Assembly: GCA_964550205.1 (NCBI GenBank) | Contig: CAZJYD010000005.1 | Span: 27,639-91,638 of the forward strand | Origin: an uncultured Bacteroidales bacterium | GTDB lineage: Bacteria > Bacteroidota > Bacteroidia > Bacteroidales > JAIOZK01 | Length of the DNA: 64,000 nt | Direction of reading: 5' to 3' | Shown here: positions 20,339-27,421 of the stretch, piece after piece | How positions within the stretch are numbered: the stretch's first letter is position 1 | How the letters are laid out: the number at the start of each line of letters is the position of its first letter | Notes under the pieces: generated by a model | Seen by the model: only the letters and a program-made list of their open reading frames with translations | Database searches by the model: none | Told to the model about the DNA's origin: nothing | Program-made: the position numbers and the translations under genes

Positions 20339-21586
20339 ATGGCAGTATTAAAAGCATTTAAAGGAATAAGACCAATAAAATATAAAGCAAAGGATATTGC
20401 TTCAAAACCTTATGACGTATTAAACAAAGAAGAAGCGAGAGAAGAAGCTAAAGGTAACGAATTATCGTTCCTTCATGTAGTTAAGCCTGAAATTGATCTT
20501 TCCGATGATGTTGATCCATACAGTCCGGAAGTTTATAAAAAGGGTAAAGAAAATTTCGATAAATTAAAGGATGAAGATATTCTGTTTCAGGACGATGATA
20601 AATATCTATACATATATGCCCAAACGATGGAAGGTAAAACACAATACGGAATTGTCGGATGTGCCAGTGTTGAAGATTATATGAACAATGTTATTAAAAA
20701 ACATGAATTAACCCGCCCTGATAAGGAAGAAGACAGAAAAAACCATGTAAGAATAAGTAAATTGAATTATGAACCGGTGTTCTTTACCTATCCTGCAGTA
20801 GATGAAATTGATGAGATAGTTGCAGAAATAGTAAAAAAAGAACCCGAATATGATTTTACTACCAATGACGGAGTAGGACATCATTTTTGGGTAATCCGTG
20901 ATCAAAAAGTAATTAAAAAGATCATTGAGTTATTTAATCAGATCTCCTCAACTTATGTAGCTGATGGTCATCACAGAACAGCTGCCGCTGCGCTTATAGG
21001 AAACGAACTAAAGGAAAATAATCCCAATCATACCGTTAAGGAAGAATACAATTATTTTCTTGCTGTTCACTTTCCTGATGATCAGCTTACAATTATAGAT
21101 TATAACAGAGTGGTGAAGGACCTTAACGGACTTTCTGAGGAAGATTTCCTGGAAAAACTAAATAAAAGCTTCATAATAGAAAATAAAGGTGAACAAATAT
21201 ACAAGCCAAAGGAGTTACATGAATTTAGCATATACTTAAATGGTGAATGGTACTCAATGATAGCCAAAGAAGGAACATATGATGATAACGATCCTATCGG
21301 CGTTCTTGATGTGACTATTCTTAATAATCAAGTGCTTAAGCCGGTTCTTGGAATTGAAGACCTGCGCCGCTCCAAACGAATTGATTTTGTTGGTGGAATA
21401 AGGGGATTAGGAGAATTGAAAAAAAGAGTGGATAGCGGAGAGATGAAAGTTGCTTTTGCTCTTTACCCTGTTACTATGGACCAATTAATCAATATTGCCG
21501 ATACAGGTAATATTATGCCTCCAAAAACAACCTGGTTCGAACCCAAACTTAGAAGCGGTTTGATAATGCATTCCCTTGAAGACTAG
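20339..21586 (+). CDS. DUF1015 domain-containing protein
   Basis: 415 aa. It shows the N-terminal LKAFKGIRP...PYDVL..EEAREEA...SFLHVVKPE pattern and ADGHHRTAAA. Confidence 0.8.
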   Translation: MAVLKAFKGIRPIKYKAKDIASKPYDVLNKEEAREEAKGNELSFLHVVKPEIDLSDDVDPYSPEVYKKGKENFDKLKDEDILFQDDDKYLYIYAQTMEGKTQYGIVGCASVEDYMNNVIKKHELTRPDKEEDRKNHVRISKLNYEPVFFTYPAVDEIDEIVAEIVKKEPEYDFTTNDGVGHHFWVIRDQKVIKKIIELFNQISSTYVADGHHRTAAAALIGNELKENNPNHTVKEEYNYFLAVHFPDDQLTIIDYNRVVKDLNGLSEEDFLEKLNKSFIIENKGEQIYKPKELHEFSIYLNGEWYSMIAKEGTYDDNDPIGVLDVTILNNQVLKPVLGIEDLRRSKRIDFVGGIRGLGELKKRVDSGEMKVAFALYPVTMDQLINIADTGNIMPPKTTWFEPKLRSGLIMHSLED

Positions 21587-21622
21587 TGTTAAGTTAATAG
21601 TAAATTTGCAATTATCGTTTAT

Positions 21623-21691
21623 TTTACCCCCTCTTTTTCTCCCCCTGCGAGCAGGGGGAGATGTCGAGTGTAGCGAGACAGAGGGGGTAAA
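21623..21691. repeat. GC-rich nested palindrome
   Basis: The outer stem TTTACCCCCTCT (21623-21634) pairs with AGAGGGGGTAAA (21680-21691). The inner hairpin is TCTCCCCCTG-CGAG-CAGGGGGAGA (21638-21661). Confidence 0.8.
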
Positions 21692-21745
21692 TAACCGTCA
21701 CATTATACTTGACATTACACTAGTTAAAAAAACAAAAAAATAAAA

Positions 21746-21788
21746 GCACCGGATTTTTGTTGGATGAAAAGAATAATAAATCCGGTGC
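21746..21788 (+). terminator. stem-loop downstream of the DUF1015 gene (possible terminator)
   Basis: GCACCGGATTT pairs with AAATCCGGTGC (11 bp) around a 21-nt loop, followed by ATTTTAT. The large loop weakens the call. Confidence 0.35.
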
Positions 21789-21942
21789 ATTTTATAACCA
21801 AGCGCGAATTAGAATAAGAAAGTCATCCTCAAATTTATTATCAATAAATTTATTTCGTTTATCTATTAATGTCATTGGATATAGAATTGTTCCGATTATA
21901 ATATTTAAAAACTAACAGGTTTGTTAAGTGCTTCGTTAATTG

Positions 21943-21950
21943 TAATTTTG
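21943..21950 (+). promoter_or_regulatory. Bacteroidota promoter for yggS: -7 box TAATTTTG with a -33 TTTG at 21920-21923
   Basis: Both consensus elements are present with 19 nt between them. The ATG is at 21967. Confidence 0.55.
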
Positions 21951-21966
21951 AAAAAAAGATAAGATA

Positions 21967-22632
21967 ATGGATATAAAGAAGAATCTTAACGAATTAAAGG
22001 ATAAATTACCTGATAATGTGAAGCTTGTAGCAATATCCAAAACAAAATCAGCAGAAGAGATAATGCAAGCCTATGAATCGGGGCATAAAATATTTGGTGA
22101 AAATAAAGCCCAGGAACTAATCAGTAAACAACCTCAATTGCCTGAAGATATTGAATGGCATTTTGTTGGTCATATGCAAAGAAATAAGGTGAAATATCTT
22201 ATACCTTTTGTTAAATTAATTCATTCGATCGACAGTCTGAAACTATTAAAGGAAGTTAATAAAAGAGCCAAAAATATTGACTGCACAATCAGTTGCTTAT
22301 TACAATTTCATATAGCAGAAGAAGAAACCAAATTCGGATTGAACCTCGAAGAAGCTAAAGAACTTTTACAAAGTGATGCTTATCAGGAAATGCAAAACAT
22401 AAGTATCAAAGGTGTTATGGGTATGGCAACATTAACTGATGACAAAGTCCAGGTGCGGAAAGAATTTAAAATGCTCAGGCATATCTTTGAATTTCTCAAA
22501 AATGAATATTTCAGTGATAAAGATCACTTTAAAGAAATTTCTTCCGGTATGACTGCCGATTACGAAATAGCTATTGAAGAAGGCTCTACCATGGTACGCA
22601 TTGGTTCCCTGATTTTTGGACCGAGAAATTAA
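21967..22632 (+). CDS. yggS: YggS-family pyridoxal-phosphate homeostasis protein
   Basis: 221 aa with the PLP-lysine context VKLVAISKTK, HFVGHMQRNK, and C-terminal MVRIGSLIFG. Confidence 0.9.
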   Translation: MDIKKNLNELKDKLPDNVKLVAISKTKSAEEIMQAYESGHKIFGENKAQELISKQPQLPEDIEWHFVGHMQRNKVKYLIPFVKLIHSIDSLKLLKEVNKRAKNIDCTISCLLQFHIAEEETKFGLNLEEAKELLQSDAYQEMQNISIKGVMGMATLTDDKVQVRKEFKMLRHIFEFLKNEYFSDKDHFKEISSGMTADYEIAIEEGSTMVRIGSLIFGPRN

Positions 22633-22656
22633 AAATAAAAAATCGTGATTTTTTAG

Positions 22657-22664
22657 TAACTTTG
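22657..22664 (+). promoter_or_regulatory. -7 box (TAACTTTG) for tRNA-Arg
   Basis: Matches TAnnTTTG and ends 11 nt before the tRNA 5' end. Confidence 0.5.
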
Positions 22665-22675
22665 CAACCTCAAAT

Positions 22676-22749
22676 GGCTCCGTAGCTTAACTGGATAGAG
22701 CATCTGACTACGGATCAGAAGGTTCGGGGTTCGAATCCCTGCGGAGTCA
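22676..22749 (+). tRNA. tRNA-Arg (anticodon ACG)
   Basis: Hand-folded cloverleaf of 74 nt. Acceptor stem GGCTCCG/CGGAGTC, D stem GCTT/GAGC, anticodon stem TCTGA/TCAGA with loop CTACGGA, and T arm CGGGG-TTCGAAT-CCCTG. No CCA is encoded. Confidence 0.9.
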
Positions 22750-22772
22750 CACTTATAGTGGAAAAGAATGAG

Positions 22773-22822
22773 GTTACCAATAAAAACGGTTTCAACCGTT
22801 TGGGGAACCTTTTATTGGTTAC
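22773..22822 (+). other. nested stem-loop immediately 3' of tRNA-Arg
   Basis: TACCAATAAAA pairs with TTTTATTGGT around an inner AAACGG-TTTCAA-CCGTTT hairpin. There is no clear T tract. Confidence 0.3.
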
Positions 22823-22840
22823 AAGCCTAAACCTGCATTA

Positions 22841-22928
22841 CAGTATGCCCACAGATTCCTCCTTTCGCAGCTTCGCAAAATTTATTCTGCAATAGGCGTG
22901 AGTCAATAATTACGGAATGACATTGGGT
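22841..22928 (+). repeat. GC-rich repeat unit A1 (AGATTCCTC ... CGGAATGACA family)
   Basis: Starts CAGTATGCCCACAGATTCCTCCTTTCGC and ends CGGAATGACATTGGG. It shares both termini with A2. Confidence 0.75.
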
Positions 22929-22958
22929 ATCATTGCTGTAAAGGAGAGGCTTGAGTAA

Positions 22959-23029
22959 CAGTACGCTCACAGATTCCTCCTTTCGCGGTCTCGCTGCGCT
23001 CGACCGCTCAAGTCGGAATGACAATGGGC
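22959..23029 (+). repeat. GC-rich repeat unit A2
   Basis: Starts CAGTACGCTCACAGATTCCTCCTTTCGC and ends CGGAATGACAATGGG. It has an internal GCGGTC/GACCGC stem. Confidence 0.75.
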
Positions 23030-23041
23030 CTTTATAATACA

Positions 23042-23082
23042 GGAGGGGGCTGGATGGCGCTATGCGCCATCCAGCCCCCTCC
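23042..23082. repeat. perfect GC-rich palindrome P1
   Basis: GGAGGGGGCTGGATGGCGC-TAT-GCGCCATCCAGCCCCCTCC, a 19-bp stem. Confidence 0.85.
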
Positions 23083-23098
23083 CACTCCCAAAAAAAGC

Positions 23099-23185
23099 GC
23101 CTGTCATTCCGTAAACCTCTCGCCGTTTAGCCGATTGCGAAAAACCATAAAAGTCAGCAGCGAGAGGTTGAGGAATCTCCCGGCT
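23099..23185 (-). repeat. GC-rich repeat unit A3 (inverted orientation)
   Basis: The reverse complement reads ...GGGAGATTCCTC...CGGAATGACAGGC. It has an internal ACCTCTCGC/GCGAGAGGT stem. Confidence 0.7.
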
Positions 23186-23207
23186 CATTATATTCTCTCC
23201 TTTATAA

Positions 23208-23227
23208 CCCACAGCTAAAGCTGTGGG
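23208..23227. repeat. short GC hairpin
   Basis: CCCACAGC-TAAA-GCTGTGGG. Confidence 0.6.
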
Positions 23228-23382
23228 CTGATATTCAAAATTTACACCTGCTTCGTTGCCTACAACAGATGCATTGGGACTGGGATGTTTGATTACCTTT
23301 GAGAGATAAAGTCTACTGATTAAAAAATATATAACATATTTTTATACTTTAGTCACTTAAAAAGTAATAAGCATCTTACATC

Positions 23383-23849
23383 ATGATTATCTCTGTTGTA
23401 ATCCCTGTTCACAATGAATCCGGTAACATACCTGTTTTATATCAGGAACTAAAGGACATACTCTCCACTTATGAGGAAAAAGAAATAATTATTGTTAATG
23501 ACGGATCAACGGATAATACATTTGAAATATGTAAACGAATACATCAAAAGGATTCCTCGACCTGTTGATAATTTTTTTCCAGCAGAGATATGCATCAAGA
23601 CCTGCACATCTGTTTGGTGGTATAGGTCTGATAGCAATGTTTATCGGATTTGGGTTAGGTATCTATCTTGTGATTGTAAAATATGCCTACAGACAGGATA
23701 TAGCCGACCGCCCACTTCTTTTACTTGCTATCTTGTTGTTGATCATGGGACTTCAATTCATCATTTTTGGAATAATATCGGATATACTGATCAGGATTTA
23801 TTACCGTGATGGCAGAAAAGGATATAAGATAGCAAAGATACTGGAATAA
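23383..23849 (+). pseudogene. remnant of a GT2 (dolichyl-phosphate-mannose-synthase-like) glycosyltransferase with its catalytic core deleted
   Basis: The 61-aa N-terminal fragment MIISVVIPVHNESGNIPVLYQELK...IIIVNDGSTDNT stops at 23568. A second frame (23565-23849) encodes only the C-terminal membrane part, QQRYASRPAHLFGGIGLIAMF...LQFIIFGIISD. My recollection is that intact family members are roughly 300 aa or more, so most of the central region, including the DxD region, is absent. Confidence 0.6.
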
Positions 23850-23862
23850 CGGGTTATTTTAA

Positions 23863-25524
23863 TTAATATCTTATTTCCGGATTCCTGTATACATCTTCAC
23901 CATTTATATATGTTCTGACAATACGTACTTCAGGTATATCCTCTTCATCAACGGTCATAATGTCTTTTTCGAGTATCACAAAATCGGCATCTTTTCCTGG
24001 TTGCAGACTTCCTTTCCTGTCTTCCTCAAAACTCCCCTTTGCTGCCCATATAGTCATAGATTTTAATGTTTCCTCACGGCTAAGGGCATTGCTTTTCAAA
24101 AACCCACCTTCAGGATATCCTTCATGATCTTTTCGGGCAACTGTTGAATAAAATGTATACAAAGGATCAATTTCCTCAACAGGGAAATCAGTACCGTTAA
24201 TTATCCAACCATTTTGCTCTAACAAATCCTTAAAAGCATATGACCATTTAATGCGCTTCTTTCCTAATCTATCTTCAGCCCAGTACATATCCGAGGTTGC
24301 GTGTGTACCCTGTAATGATGGAATAACCGAATATTTACCAAATTTATCAATGTCTTTAGGATTGATTATCTGGGCGTGTTCAATCCTCCATCTTCTGTCG
24401 TTGGTATCTTTAAGAAACTCACCATAAATATCCAGCATCAAACCAGCTGCAGAATCACCTATTGCATGAGTATTTACCTGAAATCCTGCATCGTAAGCTC
24501 TTTTGCATATTTTTCTGTAATAATTGGGTTGGTTTATAAGTATACCATAATTTTCGGGGTCATCAGAATAGGGTTCTGTCAGAAGTGCTCCTCTGGAACC
24601 AAGCGCTCCATCAGCAAATAATTTAACCGCAGTTATGGTTAACCTTTCTGTATGATATGGCTCTTTTTTAAGGAAGTAATTTAAATTTTTTTCAGTAGGG
24701 CTTAGCATTGCATTGATCTTAATTTTCAGGTTCTCCTCTCTTTGCAAGGAATCAAGTAATAAGATATCATCCTTGTCAAGTCCGGCATCAACAACGGAAG
24801 TCAAACCAACGGCAAAGCAGTTTTTTTGAGCACTTAACAGCGCTTCCGTTTTTTCCTTCCTGTTCAATTCGGGTATCAGATATTTCATTCTATCGGCAGC
24901 ATTATCAATAAGTATACCGGTTGGCTCACCCTGTTCATCTATAAATATTTCACCTCCTGTAATTTTGGTATCAGCATTGATTCCGGCTTCACGTAGTGCC
25001 AGGCTATTAGCTAATACGGCATGTCCATCAATACGTGTTAATACAACCGGAACATCGGGGAAAAGTTCGTCAAGACGGTCTTTAACCGGCCATTCTTTTA
25101 CTTTCCAGTCGTTCTGGTCCCATCCGCGTCCTGTTAACCATTCAGGTTCATATTTATTGTAATGTGCTCTCAGAGTATCCAAGACCTCATCAAATGAACC
25201 TGTACCAACCAGATCAGCATTACTTACTAATCCTTTGGCATACGAAACAAAATGACAATGACCATCAATAAATCCAGGATAAATTGTTTTGCCAAAAGCA
25301 TTATAAACCTTAGGTGCGCTGTATTTATTAAATATTGCCTCTGTAGTACCCAATTCTACAATTTTTCCATCTTTAACTGCAAAGCTTTCAGCAGTTGAAA
25401 AACAGGAATCTACCGTATATACTTTTGAGCTATATATTATTAAATCAACTTTCTTTTTCATTTGTGAACAGGAAAAAAAAGTTATAATTAATGCAATTAA
25501 ACTTATTAACGAAATCTTTTTCAT
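23863..25524 (-). CDS. amidohydrolase-family (YtcJ-like metal-dependent hydrolase) lipoprotein
   Basis: 553 aa with lipobox ITFFSC, the metal site GFIDGHCHF, and later HAIGD and EHAQ blocks. Confidence 0.8.
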   Translation of the reverse strand: MKKISLISLIALIITFFSCSQMKKKVDLIIYSSKVYTVDSCFSTAESFAVKDGKIVELGTTEAIFNKYSAPKVYNAFGKTIYPGFIDGHCHFVSYAKGLVSNADLVGTGSFDEVLDTLRAHYNKYEPEWLTGRGWDQNDWKVKEWPVKDRLDELFPDVPVVLTRIDGHAVLANSLALREAGINADTKITGGEIFIDEQGEPTGILIDNAADRMKYLIPELNRKEKTEALLSAQKNCFAVGLTSVVDAGLDKDDILLLDSLQREENLKIKINAMLSPTEKNLNYFLKKEPYHTERLTITAVKLFADGALGSRGALLTEPYSDDPENYGILINQPNYYRKICKRAYDAGFQVNTHAIGDSAAGLMLDIYGEFLKDTNDRRWRIEHAQIINPKDIDKFGKYSVIPSLQGTHATSDMYWAEDRLGKKRIKWSYAFKDLLEQNGWIINGTDFPVEEIDPLYTFYSTVARKDHEGYPEGGFLKSNALSREETLKSMTIWAAKGSFEEDRKGSLQPGKDADFVILEKDIMTVDEEDIPEVRIVRTYINGEDVYRNPEIRY

Positions 25525-25601
25525 TTTTATATATGTTTATGGTGTATAATTCAAATATCTTAAAAAGCCTGAATAGTGACTGTATATAAATTACTTATTA
25601 A

Positions 25602-25660
25602 GGAGATTTCTCCTTCAAAAACTTCGCTTTGCTCAGTTTTTCTAGTCGAAATGACAGTGG
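25602..25660 (+). repeat. GC-rich repeat unit B1 (same family as A1-A3)
   Basis: GGAGATTTCTCC...GTCGAAATGACAGTGG. The termini match the A units apart from a C/T and a G/A change. Confidence 0.65.
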
Positions 25661-25672
25661 TTCATTTATTTT

Positions 25673-25719
25673 GGGGGAGCGCTGCGGAGGACGCTCTGCG
25701 CCCTCCGCAGCCCTCCCCT
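25673..25719. repeat. GC-rich imperfect palindrome P2
   Basis: GGGGGAGCGCTGCGGAGGACGC pairs with GCGCCCTCCGCAGCCCTCCCC. It has the same position relative to B1 as P1 has relative to A2. Confidence 0.7.
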
Positions 25720-25853
25720 CTCTATGTCATAACTGCTGTCATGTTGAGGCTATCCAAAAATTTAAGAACTTTCTCCATTAAAGACAAAATTATTAAAATA
25801 AGGTTTGTCGAAAAAAAAATATTTTTACCCTTATAAATTTTAAATGAATTTTC

Positions 25854-25861
25854 TATTTTTG
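25854..25861 (+). promoter_or_regulatory. -7 box (TATTTTTG)
   Basis: Matches TAnnTTTG, 24 nt upstream of the ATG at 25885. Confidence 0.45.
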
Positions 25862-25884
25862 CTGAAATTATAAAACCAAATGTC

Positions 25885-26439
25885 ATGAAGGATAAAATAT
25901 TGTCGACAAGATTCATTTTCATCTTAACCATAATACTATTCGGTGCTTTTATGAGACTGATCCCCCATTGGCCCAATTTTACACCAATTGCTGCAATAGC
26001 GTTATTCGGCGGGACTTATTTCTCAAGAAAATATCTGGCCTTCCTCATTCCATTGATCGCCATGTTTGTGAGCGATCTTATCATAGGATTTCACAGTAAT
26101 ATGATCGCAGTTTATATTGCTTTTGCTATTACGGTTATGATAGGCTTTATACTAAATAAGAAGATCAATATTGCAACAATTGCGGGTGCTTCAATAACTG
26201 CATCCATTATATTTTTCCTTGTAACCAATTTTGCCGCATGGATCGCATTGCCTATTTACCCAAAGAATTTTGCAGGATTGATGGAAAGCTACCTTGCCGC
26301 ATTGGTATTTTTTAATGACGGATCATATGGAGTTTCCTTTTTCCTGAATAATGTACTAAGCGGTCTGTTTTATAATGGTATTTTCTTCGGGGTGTTTTAC
26401 CTTGCTCAGCAAAGAATTCCTGCTTTGGCAAGGGCATGA
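25885..26439 (+). CDS. small polytopic membrane protein (DUF6580-like putative transporter component)
   Basis: 184 aa with ~5 TM helices. The N-terminal RLIPHWPNFTPIAAIALFGG block is as I recall for DUF6580. Not verified. Confidence 0.5.
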   Translation: MKDKILSTRFIFILTIILFGAFMRLIPHWPNFTPIAAIALFGGTYFSRKYLAFLIPLIAMFVSDLIIGFHSNMIAVYIAFAITVMIGFILNKKINIATIAGASITASIIFFLVTNFAAWIALPIYPKNFAGLMESYLAALVFFNDGSYGVSFFLNNVLSGLFYNGIFFGVFYLAQQRIPALARA

Positions 26440-26631
26440 TTTTTTTTCGTTCTATTGACGTTTTTAAGAAATCCTTTGTCATTGCATTATCTGAATAATT
26501 ATATTTCGATAAAAACCTTATTTTTTGAAATTAAACCTTATTAGAAAAAAATGGAATTTGGATCGGAACAGAAGAGGAGAAGTCAGTTTAAGACGTAATT
26601 CATAACTTATTGATTTTAAAATCTTTCTTTA

Positions 26632-27015
26632 TCAATCAAACAGCTCCTCATCCCTCTCCAGCAGCAGAACGGAATACTGGGGTACTATAAAATATTTTTC
26701 ATTTCCGAATCGTATTTCAACTGCGCCTTTTTGCATAAAAACTGCCAGGTCGCCTTCTTTGGCCTGCAGTGGTATGTATTTTATCTTTTCATCAACATTT
26801 TTCCAGGGCTGATCATCTTCTTCCACAGGTAATGGAATCGGGTAACCGGGGCCAACCTTTACTACATAACCATACCTTACTTCTTCCTGTTCCTTATAAC
26901 CGGGAGGCAAATAAAGGCCTCCTTTTGTTTTTGACTGTGGTGTTTTTGGTTTTATCAGCATCCTGTCCCCTACCACTATTAGTTTTTCTAAATGATCTTT
27001 GTTTTTTATCTCCAT
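26632..27015 (-). CDS. GroES-family (Cpn10-like) protein
   Basis: 127 aa with the GDRMLIKPK...TKGGLYLP mobile-loop-like pattern and a C-terminal Y.IVP...VLLL block. Confidence 0.55.
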   Translation of the reverse strand: MEIKNKDHLEKLIVVGDRMLIKPKTPQSKTKGGLYLPPGYKEQEEVRYGYVVKVGPGYPIPLPVEEDDQPWKNVDEKIKYIPLQAKEGDLAVFMQKGAVEIRFGNEKYFIVPQYSVLLLERDEELFD

Positions 27016-27089
27016 TACATCAGATTTTATAAGATTTCAAAATTATACAATGTTAACAATAAACATACTCCATCATAAAAAATAATGGG

Positions 27090-27097
27090 TATTTTTG
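27090..27097 (+). promoter_or_regulatory. -7 box (TATTTTTG) for the mutL operon
   Basis: Matches TAnnTTTG, 22 nt upstream of the ATG at 27119. Confidence 0.45.
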
Positions 27098-27118
27098 TAG
27101 TTACAAACCCAGTTTAAC

Positions 27119-27421
27119 ATGAAATTAGTTTTTTTCAGAAGACCCAAGCCACGGCAATTTGATTATAAACCGAGGTATTATGACAAAGAAAAAGATGAAA
27201 GAGAACAGCGAAAAAAAGAATTGGGCATTACAGATAGTGATGATCATATTGAACAGTTCAGGTCGCAGCTAAGAAGAAAATGGAAATATGACCGGGAAGC
27301 CAAAAAAAGAAAAACTTCCGATCTTAAAACAATTGTTTATTTATTGATAGTGTTTTTATTCGTTTATTTAATTTTCTTTTCAGACTTTGTTCATAATATA
27401 GTAACCTTTTTTACACATTAA
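27119..27421 (+). CDS. small basic tail-anchored membrane protein, unknown function
   Basis: 100 aa with a Lys/Arg/Glu-rich N-terminal 70 aa and one C-terminal TM (IVYLLIVFLFVYLIFF). Its TAA overlaps the mutL ATG (TAATG). Confidence 0.45.
   Translation: MKLVFFRRPKPRQFDYKPRYYDKEKDEREQRKKELGITDSDDHIEQFRSQLRRKWKYDREAKKRKTSDLKTIVYLLIVFLFVYLIFFSDFVHNIVTFFTH

Noticed and set aside
22827-23218. Track ORFs 22827-23024 (minus strand) and 23018-23218 (plus strand) as protein-coding genes.
   Set aside because: Both are composed entirely of the GC-rich repeat units and palindromes. Their open frames come from the unusual composition. I recognise no motifs, and the same applies to 25576-25836 and 25722-25976.
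22841-23230. The repeat cluster as a CRISPR array.
   Set aside because: The repeats are not identical, are not regularly spaced, include one in inverted orientation, and have no cas genes nearby.
23492-23809. A 105-aa ORF in a third frame across the GT2 remnant.
   Set aside because: The frame starting at 23565 reproduces the recognisable GT2 C-terminal membrane tail. This alternative frame has no recognisable features.
22676-23860. A genomic island integrated at tRNA-Arg.
   Set aside because: There is no integrase or transposase, and I could find no direct repeat of the tRNA 3' end downstream. Only repeats and a GT2 remnant are present.
26440-26631. A possible small ORF or riboswitch in the 190-nt convergent gap. 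It includes a 15-codon ATG ORF at about 26552.
   Set aside because: It is too short, has no conserved-looking structure or motif, and sits between two gene 3' ends.
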